From Lama guanicoe (taxonomy: Eukaryota), in the NCBI GenBank assembly GCA_013239625.1, contig MU057343.1, forward strand, positions 19,264,195-19,328,194: a DNA stretch of 64,000 nt. The letters run 5' to 3'. Made by a program: the position numbers and the translations under genes. This document shows, piece by piece, positions 37,233 to 51,069 of this stretch; the first letter of the stretch is position 1, and the number at the start of each line of letters is the position of its first letter. The notes under the pieces are model-generated. The model did no database searches. It had not been told where the DNA came from and was given only the letters and a program-made list of their open reading frames with translations.

Positions 37233-38624
37233 TTTTTTTTTTTTTTTGACTTTTCACTTTATTCTTCCTTTCCTCCTGCCCCAAACTGGAGTCAGGAGAA
37301 GGCTCCCCACATTCCCAACGACTGGAGTTTGTAATAGAAGTGGTGTGAGAAAGAAGCACTGAGGCAAAGCTAATCTGCTCATCCGTTATAGTCAGGAAAA
37401 GCTCATTGTTAAACCTTCCTATAGCCTCATCATTCAGGAATCAATCCATCAACCAATCAGTCAATTCATCAATCATTCCAATGTCCTGTAAACAGTTAGC
37501 CTGACCCTTTTATCGATATTTTAAAATCAGTACTTTTATCAGTATTTTCAACAACTATCAAATACTCCTGATCAGAAGAATGTGAAAAGATGGGGAGAGG
37601 GTGAGCAGAGGCTGTCAGCAGCTCTACGATGAGTTTCTTAATGTCTACATCAGTGTTCCATTTTGAAGGCTGTGCCTTGGTTCTAGTTTGTGAACAGGAA
37701 GTCGAGGCTTCCCACAAAGAAGGGATTTAGGATTCTTCTTTTTGGTAGTTTTCACCTTGGAGTTGGAGATCAGTAAGTGCAAGATCATTTACTACCTTCA
37801 TCCTCTTAGCACTAAAAGTTGGTCCATCATAGGGTTTTAACTAGTCTTCTGATTGTCAGATGTAAGGATATTTCTAGCTAAAGAATCGGGAATCCGTTGC
37901 CCTTATTTTCAATTCTTTTATTCAGTTCCTAGAAAGCAGTAAAACTAGTCACATGGCTCATGTGAAGAGGTACCTGCTCTGGCATTTCTGCAGTAAAGGT
38001 TTTCATGCCTTGACTTTGACATCTCACAAGCTCACCTGTCAATCATCTTTTCTGGTATGTACAGCTTTCTTACTGCCACTGTGTAGGATGTGGTTGTCAC
38101 CCAGAAATTAGAGCAAGTTATCTGCAGGCTTTATTAAATTATTCTTAAAACATATGAACACAGTCAGTGTTCTTGAGCATTTGGAAAATTAAATTATTCT
38201 TTAGAATGAGCCTACTGAGCTAGAAGAAAATAATGAACACTCACCAAAGAGGGAAAAAGTGACAAGAATTCCAGTGACTAATGGTTTTAAATTATAATTG
38301 CATAATAGTCTCTTGATACAAGTGCTACTTAGTGTTTTGATAATTCCTGCCACTGATCCATTAGGCCTGTTCATACATGTACAGGCATCCAGAGTGGAGC
38401 ACAGAAGAATTTCAGAATATTATCTAACTGCACTCAAGTGACTTGAATTAGATCAACTGAATGGTACTCCTGTCTTACTATTAGCAAATTCTGGGAGAAT
38501 GAGAAATGATAAACTGCTTCTGACTAATATTCTACTGAATAGTTTATGCAGGAATGGAAAAGAAATAGAATTTAACAAAGGTAACATTTAGTTTAAGGTA
38601 ATATTTTGTTTTTTAAGTTCCTCA

Positions 38625-38740
38625 TGATTATGAATAATACTGCTACAAACATTCACGTGCTAGTTTTTATGTAAACGTGAGTTTTCATTTCTCTAGAATA
38701 AATTTCTAGAAGTTGGATTGTTGGATCCTGTGGTCGTTAT
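38625..38740 (-). mobile_element. Old L1 fragment
   Basis: attatgaataatactgctacaaacattcacgtgctagtttttatgtaaacgtgagttttcatttctctagaataaat. Confidence 0.8.
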
Positions 38741-40574
38741 ATGTGCTGAGAAGGTCTGACTTCTAAGAATTCCTGTGAGATAATCCTGTGATGCTGGGTA
38801 TGAGAATCTAGGTGTTTGTTGTATGTGTTCATACAGTTGTGTGTGGACTTGAAGTCCACAATTTTTTAAATGGAGAATTACTTAAAATTTTAATTATAAA
38901 GATGCACGGAAGCCCATAGTGAGAAAATAATATACTGAAAATTTTAAACTAAATCAGAATTTTTTTTACCACCAGGTCCATAAATAGCAAATCACTGATG
39001 AAAGAAATCTGAGGTATGATGTTTAAATAAGGAGAGCGGACCACTGTCTTTCCTCTGTCTCTGAAATTCTAAGTGTTGAAGATTGTTTGGCAAATTTACA
39101 TCAATAAATATTACCTGTGATGTTGGTGGTTTTCAAAGCCCTTATTAAATTAGAAAAACAGGTCTTAGAACCAGAGATCACTTGATGAGAGGGTAGAGGT
39201 ATCAAAGAGAGTAGTTCTGCTTTTACTAAACAAAGTAAGTCAGAATATGCCTTCCAAGAACCAGCAAGAATCACAGAACTGGGGATGTCTTTGTCTCTCT
39301 TCTACTCTCAGGAGGAGCCATCACTCAGATAATGACCCCAACTTGCCTGAGACTCATGAGAGGCAGCAGGTGAAAAAATTTTGAGCCCTTAGTTTTCATT
39401 CATTGATTTGTCCACTTAACAAATACGTATTCGACACAATGATGCACCACGAACCGTGAATGTTTGAAATTCAACAGTGAGTGAATTGACTGTGACTTTA
39501 CAAAGGAAGAGGAGAAATCTTCACACAAATATTTAAATAGAAACTGTGGTAACCATTTTCAAGAAAAAGTAAAAGGAGCCCCCTAAAAGATACATCAGGG
39601 AAATTTTAGCAGAATATATCTTTTCTCAAGTTCAAAGAAGGCTTCCTTGGGGAAGTCACATTTGAACTTGATTTTGTGATCAATGACCCACATTTACTTA
39701 TTGCAATTTCCTTTTTCCTCGGCATTCTGGATAATATCTCTGATTAATAATCTCTGGGTATTTGCTTTAGATTCCAAAGGAGACTTAAAATTATATTAGA
39801 GCTTGGAGGCAGAGCCAATGGTAGGGGCTTAGGTGGCACTATGGGCAGAGGCCTGGCGTCACCCACAAGGTTTCTGGCGAAGTTCCCACCACTGCGCAGT
39901 ATCGACACCAGCCTATCTGAGGTACAGCTTGAGCTGCACACACTCATGCCCTAGGCTACTCTGACATTCTGAAAGAAGGGTTTGATTCTTAGATGTGTTC
40001 CCTGGGAACAGGAAACAGAACATGATCTGTATCTGACAAACAGGACGCTTCCAGTCAGAGGCAGAAGCTCTTATACTGAGAAATACCAGTTTCCGACTTA
40101 AACCTAGGAAATTGTTTTACCCATTGGCAATGGATTAGCAAACAAAAGCGCACTATGGCTGGGGGGTAAAGAACTACAGAAGGAAACAAAGGAAAGATGG
40201 GACCTTGATCTGGTCCAACACGTTGCTCTCTTTGGTGAAACACAAAACTGACCTATGAAACAAACTGAAGACAAGGACAAAGCATATCAGAAGTGATAGA
40301 TCATATAATCAGATGTACTCAATCTGAGGGCAAAGAAATATCAAAAGACAAAGTGGTCAGATACATACAAATTTAACAGGGTTTATCTTGAAGTGGTGGA
40401 GTTACATGACAGATTCCTAATTTACTCTTTTTGTTTGTACTCTCTAAATTTTCTTCCATACACTATTTTCTCTAAAAATAAAAAAACAATAAAAGTTTTG
40501 TAAACAATTCTTTTATCATGGACTCAGGTCTTCAACTTCATTATTTCTGTGCCCTGTGTCCAGCCCCCTAAGAA

Positions 40575-41770
40575 GCCCATCCAAGGCATTCTTCATTTTT
40601 TTCAATTGATTTATAGCATTTTCTTTTGATTCTTTCCCAGAGTTTCCATTTCTCTGATTATATGACTTATTTTTGCAGGTTTCCTACATTTTCCATTAGT
40701 GCCTTTAGCATATTTAGTTTAAATTTCCTGTCTAATCCCCCAAACTAAATCATATCTGAATCTGATTCTGATGTGTGCTTTGCTTCTTTAAGATTGTTTT
40801 TTCCACAGTTTTAGCATGCTTTGTAACTTTTTTTTGAAAGACAGACATGATTTATCAGGTAATAGGAACTGAGATAAAAATTAAACAACACGTTAAAAGT
40901 TTATTTATCTGGTTAGAGGTTGGATGGTTTTTAGTGTTTACTGTATTTGTAGATACCAGAGGCTTCAAATTCCTCTAGTATCCTTGTTTTTGCCTCCTCC
41001 TTAAAGAGAATGTATACCTTGCATATTTTTGTTAAGCTATAATCACTGTAATTATTCTGGAATGCCGTTAGTGTAGTGGTAGAGTATAGAGAGGGGAAAT
41101 GTTCTATCATCTTATGAATCTCACTCTTTTAGTGAGATTTATTGGCCATGACCTTCATATGTATTTCTTAGCTTTCCTGCCTATCAGGTGAAAGAAGCAA
41201 GCCAGAAGGTACCAGAGTCAGAGAAATGTCCCTTTTCCCCTGGAGGGATGAGGCTCTGGTACAGTCTTCTCGGAAGTACTGACATTTGTTAGAGAGGCTT
41301 ATTTCGCGATAGCTACTCCTCCTGCGAGAGCCCAGAGGAAATCTTCCTTGGCTCTTCACTATGATAACTTGGTAAGGTTTCTGGAGGTAAAACCCACAAA
41401 AGTATAGAGGTGTCCCTAAGAATGTGACCCCCTCCTCCAGAATGTCTCACTCTTTAGCTAGTCTACACTATGGCTCTAGAACCATCATCAGAATTATCAC
41501 TTAAATTTTCCTACAAGTTTATGTCTTTAGAAGCTTCTGTCCAGGTAAGCAAGTATCAGCAGGGACTCTTTGGATTCACCTGTTTTAAGGACTGAATATC
41601 TGTGCCCCTCTAAAGTTTATATGGAAACTCTAACCCTCAAGGCTCGGCGTCCTTCTTTCTCTGATGGGTCCATGAAAAGTCGCTGATTTTGCTTGTTGAT
41701 CTTTTTCTACTTACAAGAACAGAAGTGACCACTGCCAAGCTCTTTAAATGTTGGAATGGAAACCAGAAGT
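40575..41770 (-). mobile_element. Old L1 5'/ORF1-region relic (L1M/L1MC-type) containing a short MLT1/MST LTR 5' piece at ~41581-41640
   Basis: T-rich antisense L1 text such as ttctttcccagagtttccatttctctg and gtaataggaactgagataaa. tgttttaaggactgaatatctgtgcccctctaaagtttatatggaaactctaacc resembles a MaLR LTR start. Confidence 0.7.
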
Positions 41771-43489
41771 GGCCCCTTTTTATAATTATGTATCTATCTA
41801 ATAATACCTTTAAGCAAAACTATAGAATTTTAAATAATGAAGTGTTTTAAGGGCTGCTGCCCTTAAGGACAGTTGTGAAATCTGTGCTCTACACAAGGGG
41901 ACCCAGCCTAGGAGGGGAGGGGGGATGGCATTTAACTTGTACAAAGGTACCCTGTGGGCTAAAAGCTTTGCAGGCTGGAATGAGGGCGATCCAAGCCTGA
42001 ACTCATCAATTACAGTCATCCTACGAAGCCATCCAGTGGCTCTTCCCAGCATACTGTGTGGGCACTTTCAGACCTACCCTTAGAATTTCTCCACCCTGAT
42101 GAGGACTTGATGGAATGGGACTGCCAGCACAAAGTCCTTTCAGATCCTTCACTAATTTCCAGCCCTACTTTCTGGGAAGGCAAGAGCTTCCCCTGAAAAT
42201 TCCTTCACCTTTCTCGTGTCTCCTGCTGCCTCTTGCCTGTCTGGAGCCTGGTTGATGAACTAACATTTGAAATCAACAAGTGTGTCCCATCTTCCACAGT
42301 CACAGCCCCTTAATGACTCCCTCATTGTTCTGGGGAGCCAAGTGGTGAATGTAAACCTGAGTGGAGGAGAGAAGGCTTGCACAAGGCAGCCAGCTTCCCC
42401 AGTGTGGAGCCAAAGGCTGCGTCTAAGAGGGGGATTTGAACCGCATTTTCCCAGCCCTGATCATTAACTCAGGCCCTTTCAGCGAGAGGGGAGGGGAGGG
42501 GTGGGTGGTGCAGAACCCGGTAAGGATGCTGGCGCTGCACCAGCAGTGGGCAGCCCCCGTCTGTCCTGCTGCCTTGCGCTAGGGCAAGATCATTGTTTAT
42601 TATGGCTGAAAAGCAGCAATCATTTCACATAATGTGAAGATTTTTTTCACTCAATTTACTCTCGTGCTTTGGGCTGATGAGAATAATAATGATGTGTTGA
42701 CTACTGGTCCCTTGACAGATGATGCTCAGAAATGCAGGTCACCACTCATTTCTACTCCTTTTCCCCTCAGATATCCTGAGGTTCTGACTGGGAATCTCAT
42801 TCAGTCACCACTTTCACATCCCACGGCTTCTGATGCCGAAAAGACCAAGACAAAGTATTTCTTTTCGGGCCCCCCAATTCCTGCAGTCTGCCCTATGGGA
42901 TAATTAATGCTGATTTGTTTTAAAGAGACAGGCATACATAATTCATGTCCTGTGCATTGCAGCTTTTGGCCACTGAAAATACTATCTTTCTTTCTGGCAG
43001 AGCTTGCAGGAACTAGCTACAGCAAACATTTCATACCTCAGTGGACACTCTTTTCTCAGCTAATAGGAGCCTGACTTAAATGGAGACTCGATCATGAGAG
43101 GCACTGTGTATTTAATGGTGAATTCAGCTGAGCATTTTTTCCCTTCCGAATCACAAAATGAGTTTATTATCAGTATCAGTAGTTGGTTTTTCTCCAAAGA
43201 AGTAAAGGTGTGAGTGGGCATGAAAGAGAAATTAAATTGAAACTCTTGGTGGTTTCATGGTTGGAGGCCAGTTTAAAACTGGAACTTAATAGCTACTTTG
43301 GGACTAGCCAGGAGCATCTGAGGGTCAGAAAGCACACAAGTTGGGAGGGAAGCACCAAGGCGAGGTTCCCCACCCAGAAGGCAGAGGACGGGACGAACTA
43401 GATTCCTCTGGGTGTTGGGGGCACCACTAAGGATGGCTGAATGTATACCTGTGAAGACGACACTGTCATTAAGTATTATCTACACAAGT

Positions 43490-43972
43490 AGAACCCAAGT
43501 GGTCTTTTAAAAGTGTAAATCTCTTCAAGCTGCTTCTCCCCTCCAAACCCTTCAGTGGCTTTTCTGTATCACAAGGCTTCACCCCCAGCCCAGCCTGGCT
43601 GTGCGATCTGGTCTTAGGCTGCACCCTCAGCATCCTCCCTCCCGTCATCCTTCCTAAGTGTGCTCCAGCTACAGACATCCTCTGACTTCTTCACAACTGC
43701 CTGCTTTCTACCAGAAAAGCTCTTGCACTCACTGCAACATTCACCCTAAGTGCCACTTCCTCAGGAAACACTTCCTATTTATTCTGGGATGTTTTAAGTC
43801 TTCCTATTCACTGTGCCTGTGCACATTTTTGCTCCTGCCTTTTTTGATGTTTTGTGTCTTTCCACTAGATGGTAGTACGCTCCTTAAGGGCACCTGGACT
43901 CTGATCCACAGGTATAGCCTCCTAGGGCATAATCTGCCCTCTATAAATAGCTGCTACATGAAGGAATGAATC
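43490..43972 (+). mobile_element. L2 LINE 3' region
   Basis: gtggtcttttaaaagtgtaaatct ... ccactagatggtagtacgctccttaagggca ... gaaggaatgaat tail. Confidence 0.8.
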
Positions 43973-43974
43973 AG

Positions 43975-44140
43975 GGCAGTGTTTTCCAGGTTTGGGGGCA
44001 TCAGGATGACCTGGGCAGCTGGTGAAAGCACAGACTGCCGGGCCCCTAGCTGTTCTGATTCATGGGGGTGGCACCCAAGAATCTGCATTTCTAGTGAGTT
44101 CCCAGGTGGTGCTGGAATGACACTTTGAGAACCACACAAT
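43975..44140 (+). mobile_element. MER5A hAT-Charlie MITE
   Basis: cagtgttttccagg...gcatcaggatgacctggg...ccaagaatctgcatttcta...ttcccaggtggtgctg...cactttgagaaccac. Confidence 0.9.
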
Positions 44141-44269
44141 ATTGGGAAGCCCTTCCACAACGATATTCTTACCAGCGGGACCCTAATTCAGAAGTGTGCA
44201 TTCTGCCACCATCTCCGCAACTAACCACCTGGATATCCTTAGGAAATCCCTTATATTTTCTTCCTACTC

Positions 44270-44720
44270 AGTCAGTAAATCCTTTGGCTTCTTCTTTTGT
44301 GGTATCCCCTCTACCTCTCTGTTCCTTCCTTTCTCCTCTGCTTCTAGATGGGGGCATTAAAACCTTCCATTTGAATGATTATAACCACAACCTCATCATT
44401 TCCTTGGCCCCCACTGTCTGTCCCTTGAATCCCTCATTTATTTTATTGTCAGTTTTAAGTGCTTCAGACACTAGTATGATCATGCCCTACCCTTCTCTCA
44501 AATCTTGCTGGAAATATCATCGTTCAAAGCTTTTCACGACCTGGACCTCCTGCCCACCTACCGCAATCCAACATGAGACTCCCCATAGCTTACTACACTT
44601 ACTTAATTGCCTATCCTTCCTGAAAGGCTATCAGCTGCACAGAAGCGAGCACCATGCTAGTCTTGTCTAACTGATATGAACTGGACCTATAGTGGTTGCC
44701 CCATAAAACATTACTGAACA
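44270..44720 (+). mobile_element. L2 LINE fragment
   Basis: Pyrimidine-rich L2-like text, e.g. tgaatgattataaccacaacctcatcatttccttgg and aaaacattactgaa. Confidence 0.55.
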
Positions 44721-44759
44721 GAAAAAGTCACCAAATGCTAGATTTCCCTTCTGCACAAT

Positions 44760-44985
44760 AACAATAATCCTAGAAAGCACTCAGCTGGGGTCACTCTAAG
44801 CCAGGTATCCTCTGATCACTTCCTACACATCAATTTATTTAATCCTTACAATAAGCATTCCCATTTCACAGATAAAGTTGAAGCACAGAGAAGTAATGTG
44901 CCCAAGGTCTTACAAGTGGTGACAAGGATTCAAATCCAGGGATTTGGCTGTAGAAGTTCATGATCTTACCTACCATGCTATACTG
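44760..44985 (-). mobile_element. MIR SINE
   Basis: atttaatccttacaataa...cccatttcacagataaagttgaagcacagagaagtaatgtgcccaaggtc. Confidence 0.85.
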
Positions 44986-45136
44986 ACAGAGGAGTAGCCC
45001 AAATGAGGCCTAAAATTAGAGAGAATACCAAGAATGTCTGTGCTAGTTTACTGACTACATATAATCACAAGAAATAATTTATTACGTGCAGGGAACTAAG
45101 ACAGATACTGGGGAATCAATGAATGAATGAGACTGA

Positions 45137-45285
45137 GGGGAGGGTATAGCTCAGTAGTGGAGTGCATGCCTAGCATGCATGAGGTCCTGGGTTCAGTACC
45201 TCCATCAAAAATAAACTTAATTACTTCCCCCCAAAAACAAATAAAAAACACCAAAATAAACAAATGAAAGAAAATATTTTTTTAA
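45137..45285 (+). mobile_element. Camelid-type tRNA-derived SINE (vic-1-like)
   Basis: ggggagggtatagctcagtagtggagtgcatgcctagcatgcatgaggtcctgggttc has Pol III A/B-box-like elements and is followed by an A-rich tail. Confidence 0.85.
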
Positions 45286-45309
45286 ACAAGGAATGAATGC
45301 GATACAGCG

Positions 45310-45530
45310 AAAAAGGTGGGAGGCAGCTGGTATTACAGATGGAGTCAGACCACCCATGTTCCAACACTTTCTGAGCTACGGGACCTTGGGGGAGTTACTC
45401 AACCTTTCTGTGTCTGTTATCTTTCAAGTAGAGAAAGTCAATTCCATTTCACAAAGTTTCTGCCAGGGTTACATGCAAAGAGTGTACATAAAACCCTTAG
45501 CATCATCACAAACACATCATGCCTCTTAAG
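45310..45530 (+). mobile_element. MIR SINE
   Basis: ggagtcagacc...gaccttgggggagttactcaacctttctgtgtctgttatctt. Confidence 0.75.
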
Positions 45531-46699
45531 TAGGTGAGAGCTACCATCTTGTCCCTGCCCTTGAGGCGTTTTCTATAGTCAGGAGACAGGGATTCGTAGT
45601 GGTCCTCGTGGATTGAGAAATTAACTGCTATAAATAGTGGCTTCAACATAGCCCAGACAGAACACCATTTATGTCCAGCCTGGGTCACAAAAGGGTGGGA
45701 AACATCCAACTAGCGAGGGAATCAAACTTAAGTCATAAAACTATTCACAAATGAAGTTTTTAAAAAGTCATTCTACCTGTTCAATAGTTATTTATCGAGA
45801 ACCTAGGTGTTAGAAACTGTGCTAAGTACCAAGAATTCAGAAAAAAAAAAAGAAACTAGTGTTTATCTTTTTCTCTGCAAACCCTTTCCATCACCCATCT
45901 ATAAGTTCATCTTCTGATATTGATCCCCTTGACCACGGTGTTAAGAATGATTCTTTTGCTGAGTTTTGGCTCAGATGGAAAATATACCAAAAAACTTACA
46001 TTTGAATGAAACTACAAGGCTTGGGTGGAGGGGTTCTTAACACAGCCTTTCAACAACTAGGCAGGTGCAACACAGCCGTGTAAACTCTAGACTTCATCTA
46101 TTCTCAACTCTGCTGTCTCAGCTTTCCAAGCCTGCCGTAGCAACAGAGTTACATCGTGATGTGTTAATAGGATATTACGGACATTTAAAATATAAAAGGT
46201 AGAAGGAGAGGTTGGATTACTACACATATTTACTCAGATACAAATGTATATCCGTAACACCCACGGAAGACTGTATCCTACACAGAGTATCAGTAAAAGT
46301 AACAGCTGTACGTGAACATTTATATGCATGTGTGTGATACAGACACACAGACTCAGCACATATTTGCAATAATCCAAAAGTTACCTCTTCTGCGCCTATG
46401 GGATCAATTTCATCTTGGTGCAGCGGGCCCCAAGGCAACTGTCAAACACTGCACAGACAAGTACTTATTAGATGCTTACTAGAAAGGCTCACAAAAGCTT
46501 TCAGAAATAGGACTGGCAGGCTTAGATGAGAGCGAGTATATAAAAGGCCTTCTATGTAGAGAAACTTCACCATTGTTTCTTTCTCCCTATGAAATTTATT
46601 TAATTCTTATTTCGCTTCATGATGTTAAAATGTCTAAAAAATTAGTCTCCATTAAGAATCAAAGGGTAAAACAAAATTTTAAATCTAGAATAGTGATGT

Positions 46700-46870
46700 T
46701 TCCAGTTTTATAGTGTATTACTATCACTAGACAACTGTCAACATGCAAGGTCAGCCCCACCAAATAAATCATCATTTCTTGAGGTTGGGATCCAGGAATC
46801 TGAATTTGAACAAGCATCCCAGCCGTTCTGCTGCCTTTGATCCGTGGCCAACACACTGAGAATCACTCAG
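46700..46870 (+). mobile_element. MER5-type hAT MITE
   Basis: gggatccaggaatctgaatttgaacaagcatcccag...ccgtggccaacacactgagaatcact. Confidence 0.75.
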
Positions 46871-47148
46871 GTGTAAATTAAAAACAGGCAGGGCATTCCT
46901 CAGAGCTATTCAAAAGACAGAGAGGAGAAAGAAGATGCAAGATTTGTTGCTCTGTTTGGCAGAAGAGGTGGTTAAGCCACTTTGAAATTAAGAGGCAGGT
47001 GGAGAAATTTAGCACTCAGAGTGCCAGCACCAGGTGGAGCCAGGAAGGAACCACGTTTCTGATATGAAGAACAGCCAAAAAGATGATGAAGGAGATGGTG
47101 TTAAGAAATAGAAATGACCTGAGATAGGCAGGATAAAAGATAAATTTT

Positions 47149-47212
47149 AAAAGCATCTTCAAAGTTTAACTCAATTAAAAAAATATAAAAAGAAAAGCAT
47201 CTTCAAAGTTTA
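47149..47212 (+). mobile_element. Ultra-truncated L1 tail (24 nt) between 20-bp TSDs
   Basis: aaaagcatcttcaaagttta occurs at 47149-47168 and 47193-47212, flanking actcaattaaaaaaatataaaaag. Confidence 0.8.
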
Positions 47213-48804
47213 TACTAATTAGGAAAGAGGTAGTGGATTATTTGAATTTTTCTTTAAAACTTCTCTGGATGGTTATTTTCCTACTTAAAATAAAAACATT
47301 TTTTTCCTGTTGTCTAAATAAGCCCCCTTTTCCCCCCACCCATACACATACACATACTCACATGAATGCCTATATAGGTTTTGCATCAATTTCATCACTG
47401 GCTAATGGGAATTGTTAGCTATTTTAGAGATTAAAGACACACTTCATGGGGGTGCTGTGAAGATTAAATACAATAAGGTGTGGGGAGATTTCAGAACAGT
47501 TCCTGGAAAGCAGACCTTATTCAAAAAATCGTACTTATGATTAATTATTAATGTGCGATTATATGGCTTAGAGAACATTTTCTGTTGGTTGAATCAGGTT
47601 GTAAGCCAGAGAACAAAGCTTAAAGGCACAATAGTTCCACAGCCCCTCGAGAAGCAACAAGGTTCCTATTGAAGGAAAGTATAAATTTCCAGTGATGAGC
47701 ATAAGAAAATGAGCTTGGAATCCAAGAAATCAGAGAGGATGATGCCAGACCACAGATCAGAAGACAAGGAAACATACAATCTCTAAGGAGAAGGTATTCT
47801 GACCTCTAAAATCTTCTTTATACTTCAGGCCACAACTGGCTGTCACTGAAGTTGCCAGTAAGGCCAACAGTTACGGGGAAGGAGTAATAGTGATAGGTGC
47901 GAACTTGGCCATGAATGAATCATGTTCAGCACCAACTGGGATATGAGAAGACACTTTCCTTGGGTGAGGCCATTCCTGCAATTTTGACATAGGAAGTGCA
48001 TATTTACTTTTATTTTAATTTTGTTTCAAATCATGTGGAATTTTAATTAATAGATACAGTCGATACTTACATATTGACTAGTAAGCAGAACACCCTAAAT
48101 TAACAGACTCACTGTTATTTAAGGAATTAATTTAGAAAATGCCTTACAAAACTCCTGAGAAATACAAAAAGTTTATAATGGCACCCACTATAGAAAAACA
48201 AAAGGGCCCAGAGAAACTTCCCTCATTTATGAGCCAAATACCTGGCAATCACAAATAAGTAAAATGGCTTGGAAATGCAAAATAAGAAAGCATTGCGCAG
48301 CCAATGTGCATCGAGTATCTAATAGCAGACATTGAGCGTGCAGGGTCCCGGGATCACAGCCACCCTGCAGTCACTTCAGTTCGAGGGAAAAAGTCACTCA
48401 CAGATTTTTCTCTGAAGCTAATTAGTATTAATTGAGACATCATTCTAGCATGTTCTGACTCTACCATACATTATAAACAAGAGACCAGAATGTAGTTTGA
48501 GAAGGTGGTGCTGGTAAGAGCAGAAAGTGACAGGGACGAGTCCATTACCGATGGAGGAATGGAAAATCTGTAAAAGGCAGACGTGGATTCAAAATAACAG
48601 TGTGAAGTTGTTTAGTTCCATTTCCAAAACATTATAAAATCACATCTTTCTTCCACAAATGTGGAAACAAATCAGAATAATGGACCATAGCATTACTTTG
48701 CAAACTAGTCATGCTTCCTTCTCACCTCAGACACTCGGATTTACACCTTGAGGTGCAGGTAGGGCCTCAGGTAAGGGTTGGTAATGATGCCTCTCAATTC
48801 ATAG

Positions 48805-49620
48805 ATTAATCACTTACACAGGCTGCTAATAAAGGCCTGCGATGTGCCAGGCACTCTTCTAGCAGCTGGGGAGACTGCAGTGAACAGAAAAGAAAAATCC
48901 CTGCCCTCACTGGGTTTACATTCTGGTATGTGTCTGGGTAATCAAAATAATTAAGACATGTAGACAGTTTGTCAGTGATAAGTACCATGGAAAAAATCAA
49001 GCGGTGAAGGAAGAAAGAGAGTGCCTGGTTGGGAGGCAGGCAATTTTAAATGGGAGGCTGACGAGGGCCTCCTGTGCAATGACATTTGAGCAAAGACTTG
49101 ATGGGGAGTGAGGCAGCAGCTATGGTGGTATCTGGAGGAAGAGCACTCCTGGCAAGAGGAAGAGCACTCCTGGCAAGAGAAACAGCAGATGGAAAGGCCC
49201 CAATCTGGAGGCATGCCTGCCTGGCCTGTTTGAAAAGCAGCAGGAGGCAGTGAGAACAAGAGAGAGAGCAGGTGGTGGGCGGAGACAGGTCAGCGAGATG
49301 AGCCAAATTGTGAATGTCCCTGTAGGCTTTGTGACTGGGCGTTAGAGGCAAAACCATCACAGGGTGTCTTATAACTTTAAAGGATCCCAAAGACATGTGA
49401 AGGAGGCAAGGGCAGAAATAGAGAGCTTTAGAAGGCTACTGGAGTAATTTCTGACGATGGATGATGTGCATGGCGCCAGCATGTGGAGGCGAAGGTATAA
49501 GAAGCGGTTGGATTCCAGGTACATAAGGAGGCAGACCTGACAGGCAGCAGGAGAAGAAAGGACCCAAGACTGATGTCCAGGCTTTTGGCCTGAACAACAA
49601 AAAGACAGAAATCGTTAACA
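48805..49620 (-). mobile_element. L2a LINE 3' region
   Basis: tgtgccaggcactcttctagcagctggggagactgcagtgaaca...ccctgccctcac...gacatttgagcaaagacttga...aggcttttggcctgaacaac. Confidence 0.92.
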
Positions 49621-51069
49621 TATGCTGTTCAACAGCGTGTGCAAGTCTATGTCCTCTGCTGAGAAAGATTCCAATTCAGAATGGATACCATAAAACTAAG
49701 TTTGGTGCTTTAAAGGCTGTAGATTCAGATGGTTGGAAAACTCTGTCCCAGGATCCTTCAGACTCCAAAGATGTTGACAAGAAGAGACACTGCTGTCTTT
49801 CAAAATCAGGCCTTACTCTGTTAAAAGCTCCTGGGTCTTTCTACTTCTTATTACATTGTAATACCAATAACGGAAATTAAAATTCAATTTCTTAATGTGT
49901 GATAATACAGACACTTATATGGCAGTTTACAAACCTATTTGTTCTACACAGTATAGATGAATCGGTAATCATGTTATTCAGAGGAAATTAGGTATCAGGT
50001 GATTCCTTAATCCTCTCTCCCCACCCAGAGCTGGCCACGTGGTCTTAAACATTCATGAATAGAACACTTGTGACCTCTTGAGAAGAATCAACAAAATTAA
50101 ATTTACAAGGACCTTTTCTAAACAGGAATCAGATCTTACCGACCTCTAACTGCCAATGCCTAACACAGTGCCTGGTGTGTAGGATGCACTTAATACATGT
50201 TTCTTGGTGAAATATTTAATCTAGTTTTTGGGTAGGAGGTCCAGTTTTCTATCTGAATCAATGAAAAATCTGAATTAAGCTAGTTTGTTTTCTTAAGGTA
50301 GAGATGCTGTTCCGTATATTCAGGAGTGGTGAACTCAATAAAGTTGTTCCTAGTAGAGGTCCTCAGGGAGCAGACTTCAGCGAAAAGATAAGAATGATTT
50401 ATAATTAGTCTATCAATCATTTGCCTGTGAATGCATGCCTGGAAGCAATTTATTCTCCTAACTAGCTTAAACAATCCATTGGAAGTGTGTTTACCCAACT
50501 CATTTGTTTAGCAAATGTTACCTTCTAGCAGGTACAATGCTCAACTTTAGCCCACCCTCCTGTCCTGATACAGAGAATCTCTGAATCCTGTGTTTACTTG
50601 TACATCTTCAGCAAGCTGCTAAACTTCCCAGGGCCGTAGTATGCTTGAGACAGAGGAAGGGAAGAGAGAGAGGTGTTTTTTCATTTTGTTTTGTTTTGTT
50701 TTTTTTTGGGAACAAGGATTTAAACCGTACAATCATTTCCATACTTTAGTGATTCTGATGTTCGATTCTTACAATAATAATTAATGGAGTCTAGTTTAAT
50801 GAAACTTTATAGTGTTGGGTCAAACTCTCCCCATATTTAAGTTTCTTCTTGGCTAATAAATGGGTCTTTAAAATGGAAAAAGCAGTAATTTTCTAGAGAC
50901 TAAGACCATACAGAGGATGTGATTTCTCTGACATATTCAAAGTAACAGTGGTGGGCTTGTGTTAGGATTTGGGGACACCCACTAAATAAAATGGGCCCAT
51001 CCCACCATGTTTTGCATGAATTGGGAAGTCTGTCTGTGCTCCTGCCCACTTCAGTACAAGTAGACAGAT

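Noticed and set aside
44125-44670. 181-aa ORF
   Set aside because: Begins in MER5A and runs through pyrimidine-rich L2 sequence. Chance open frame.
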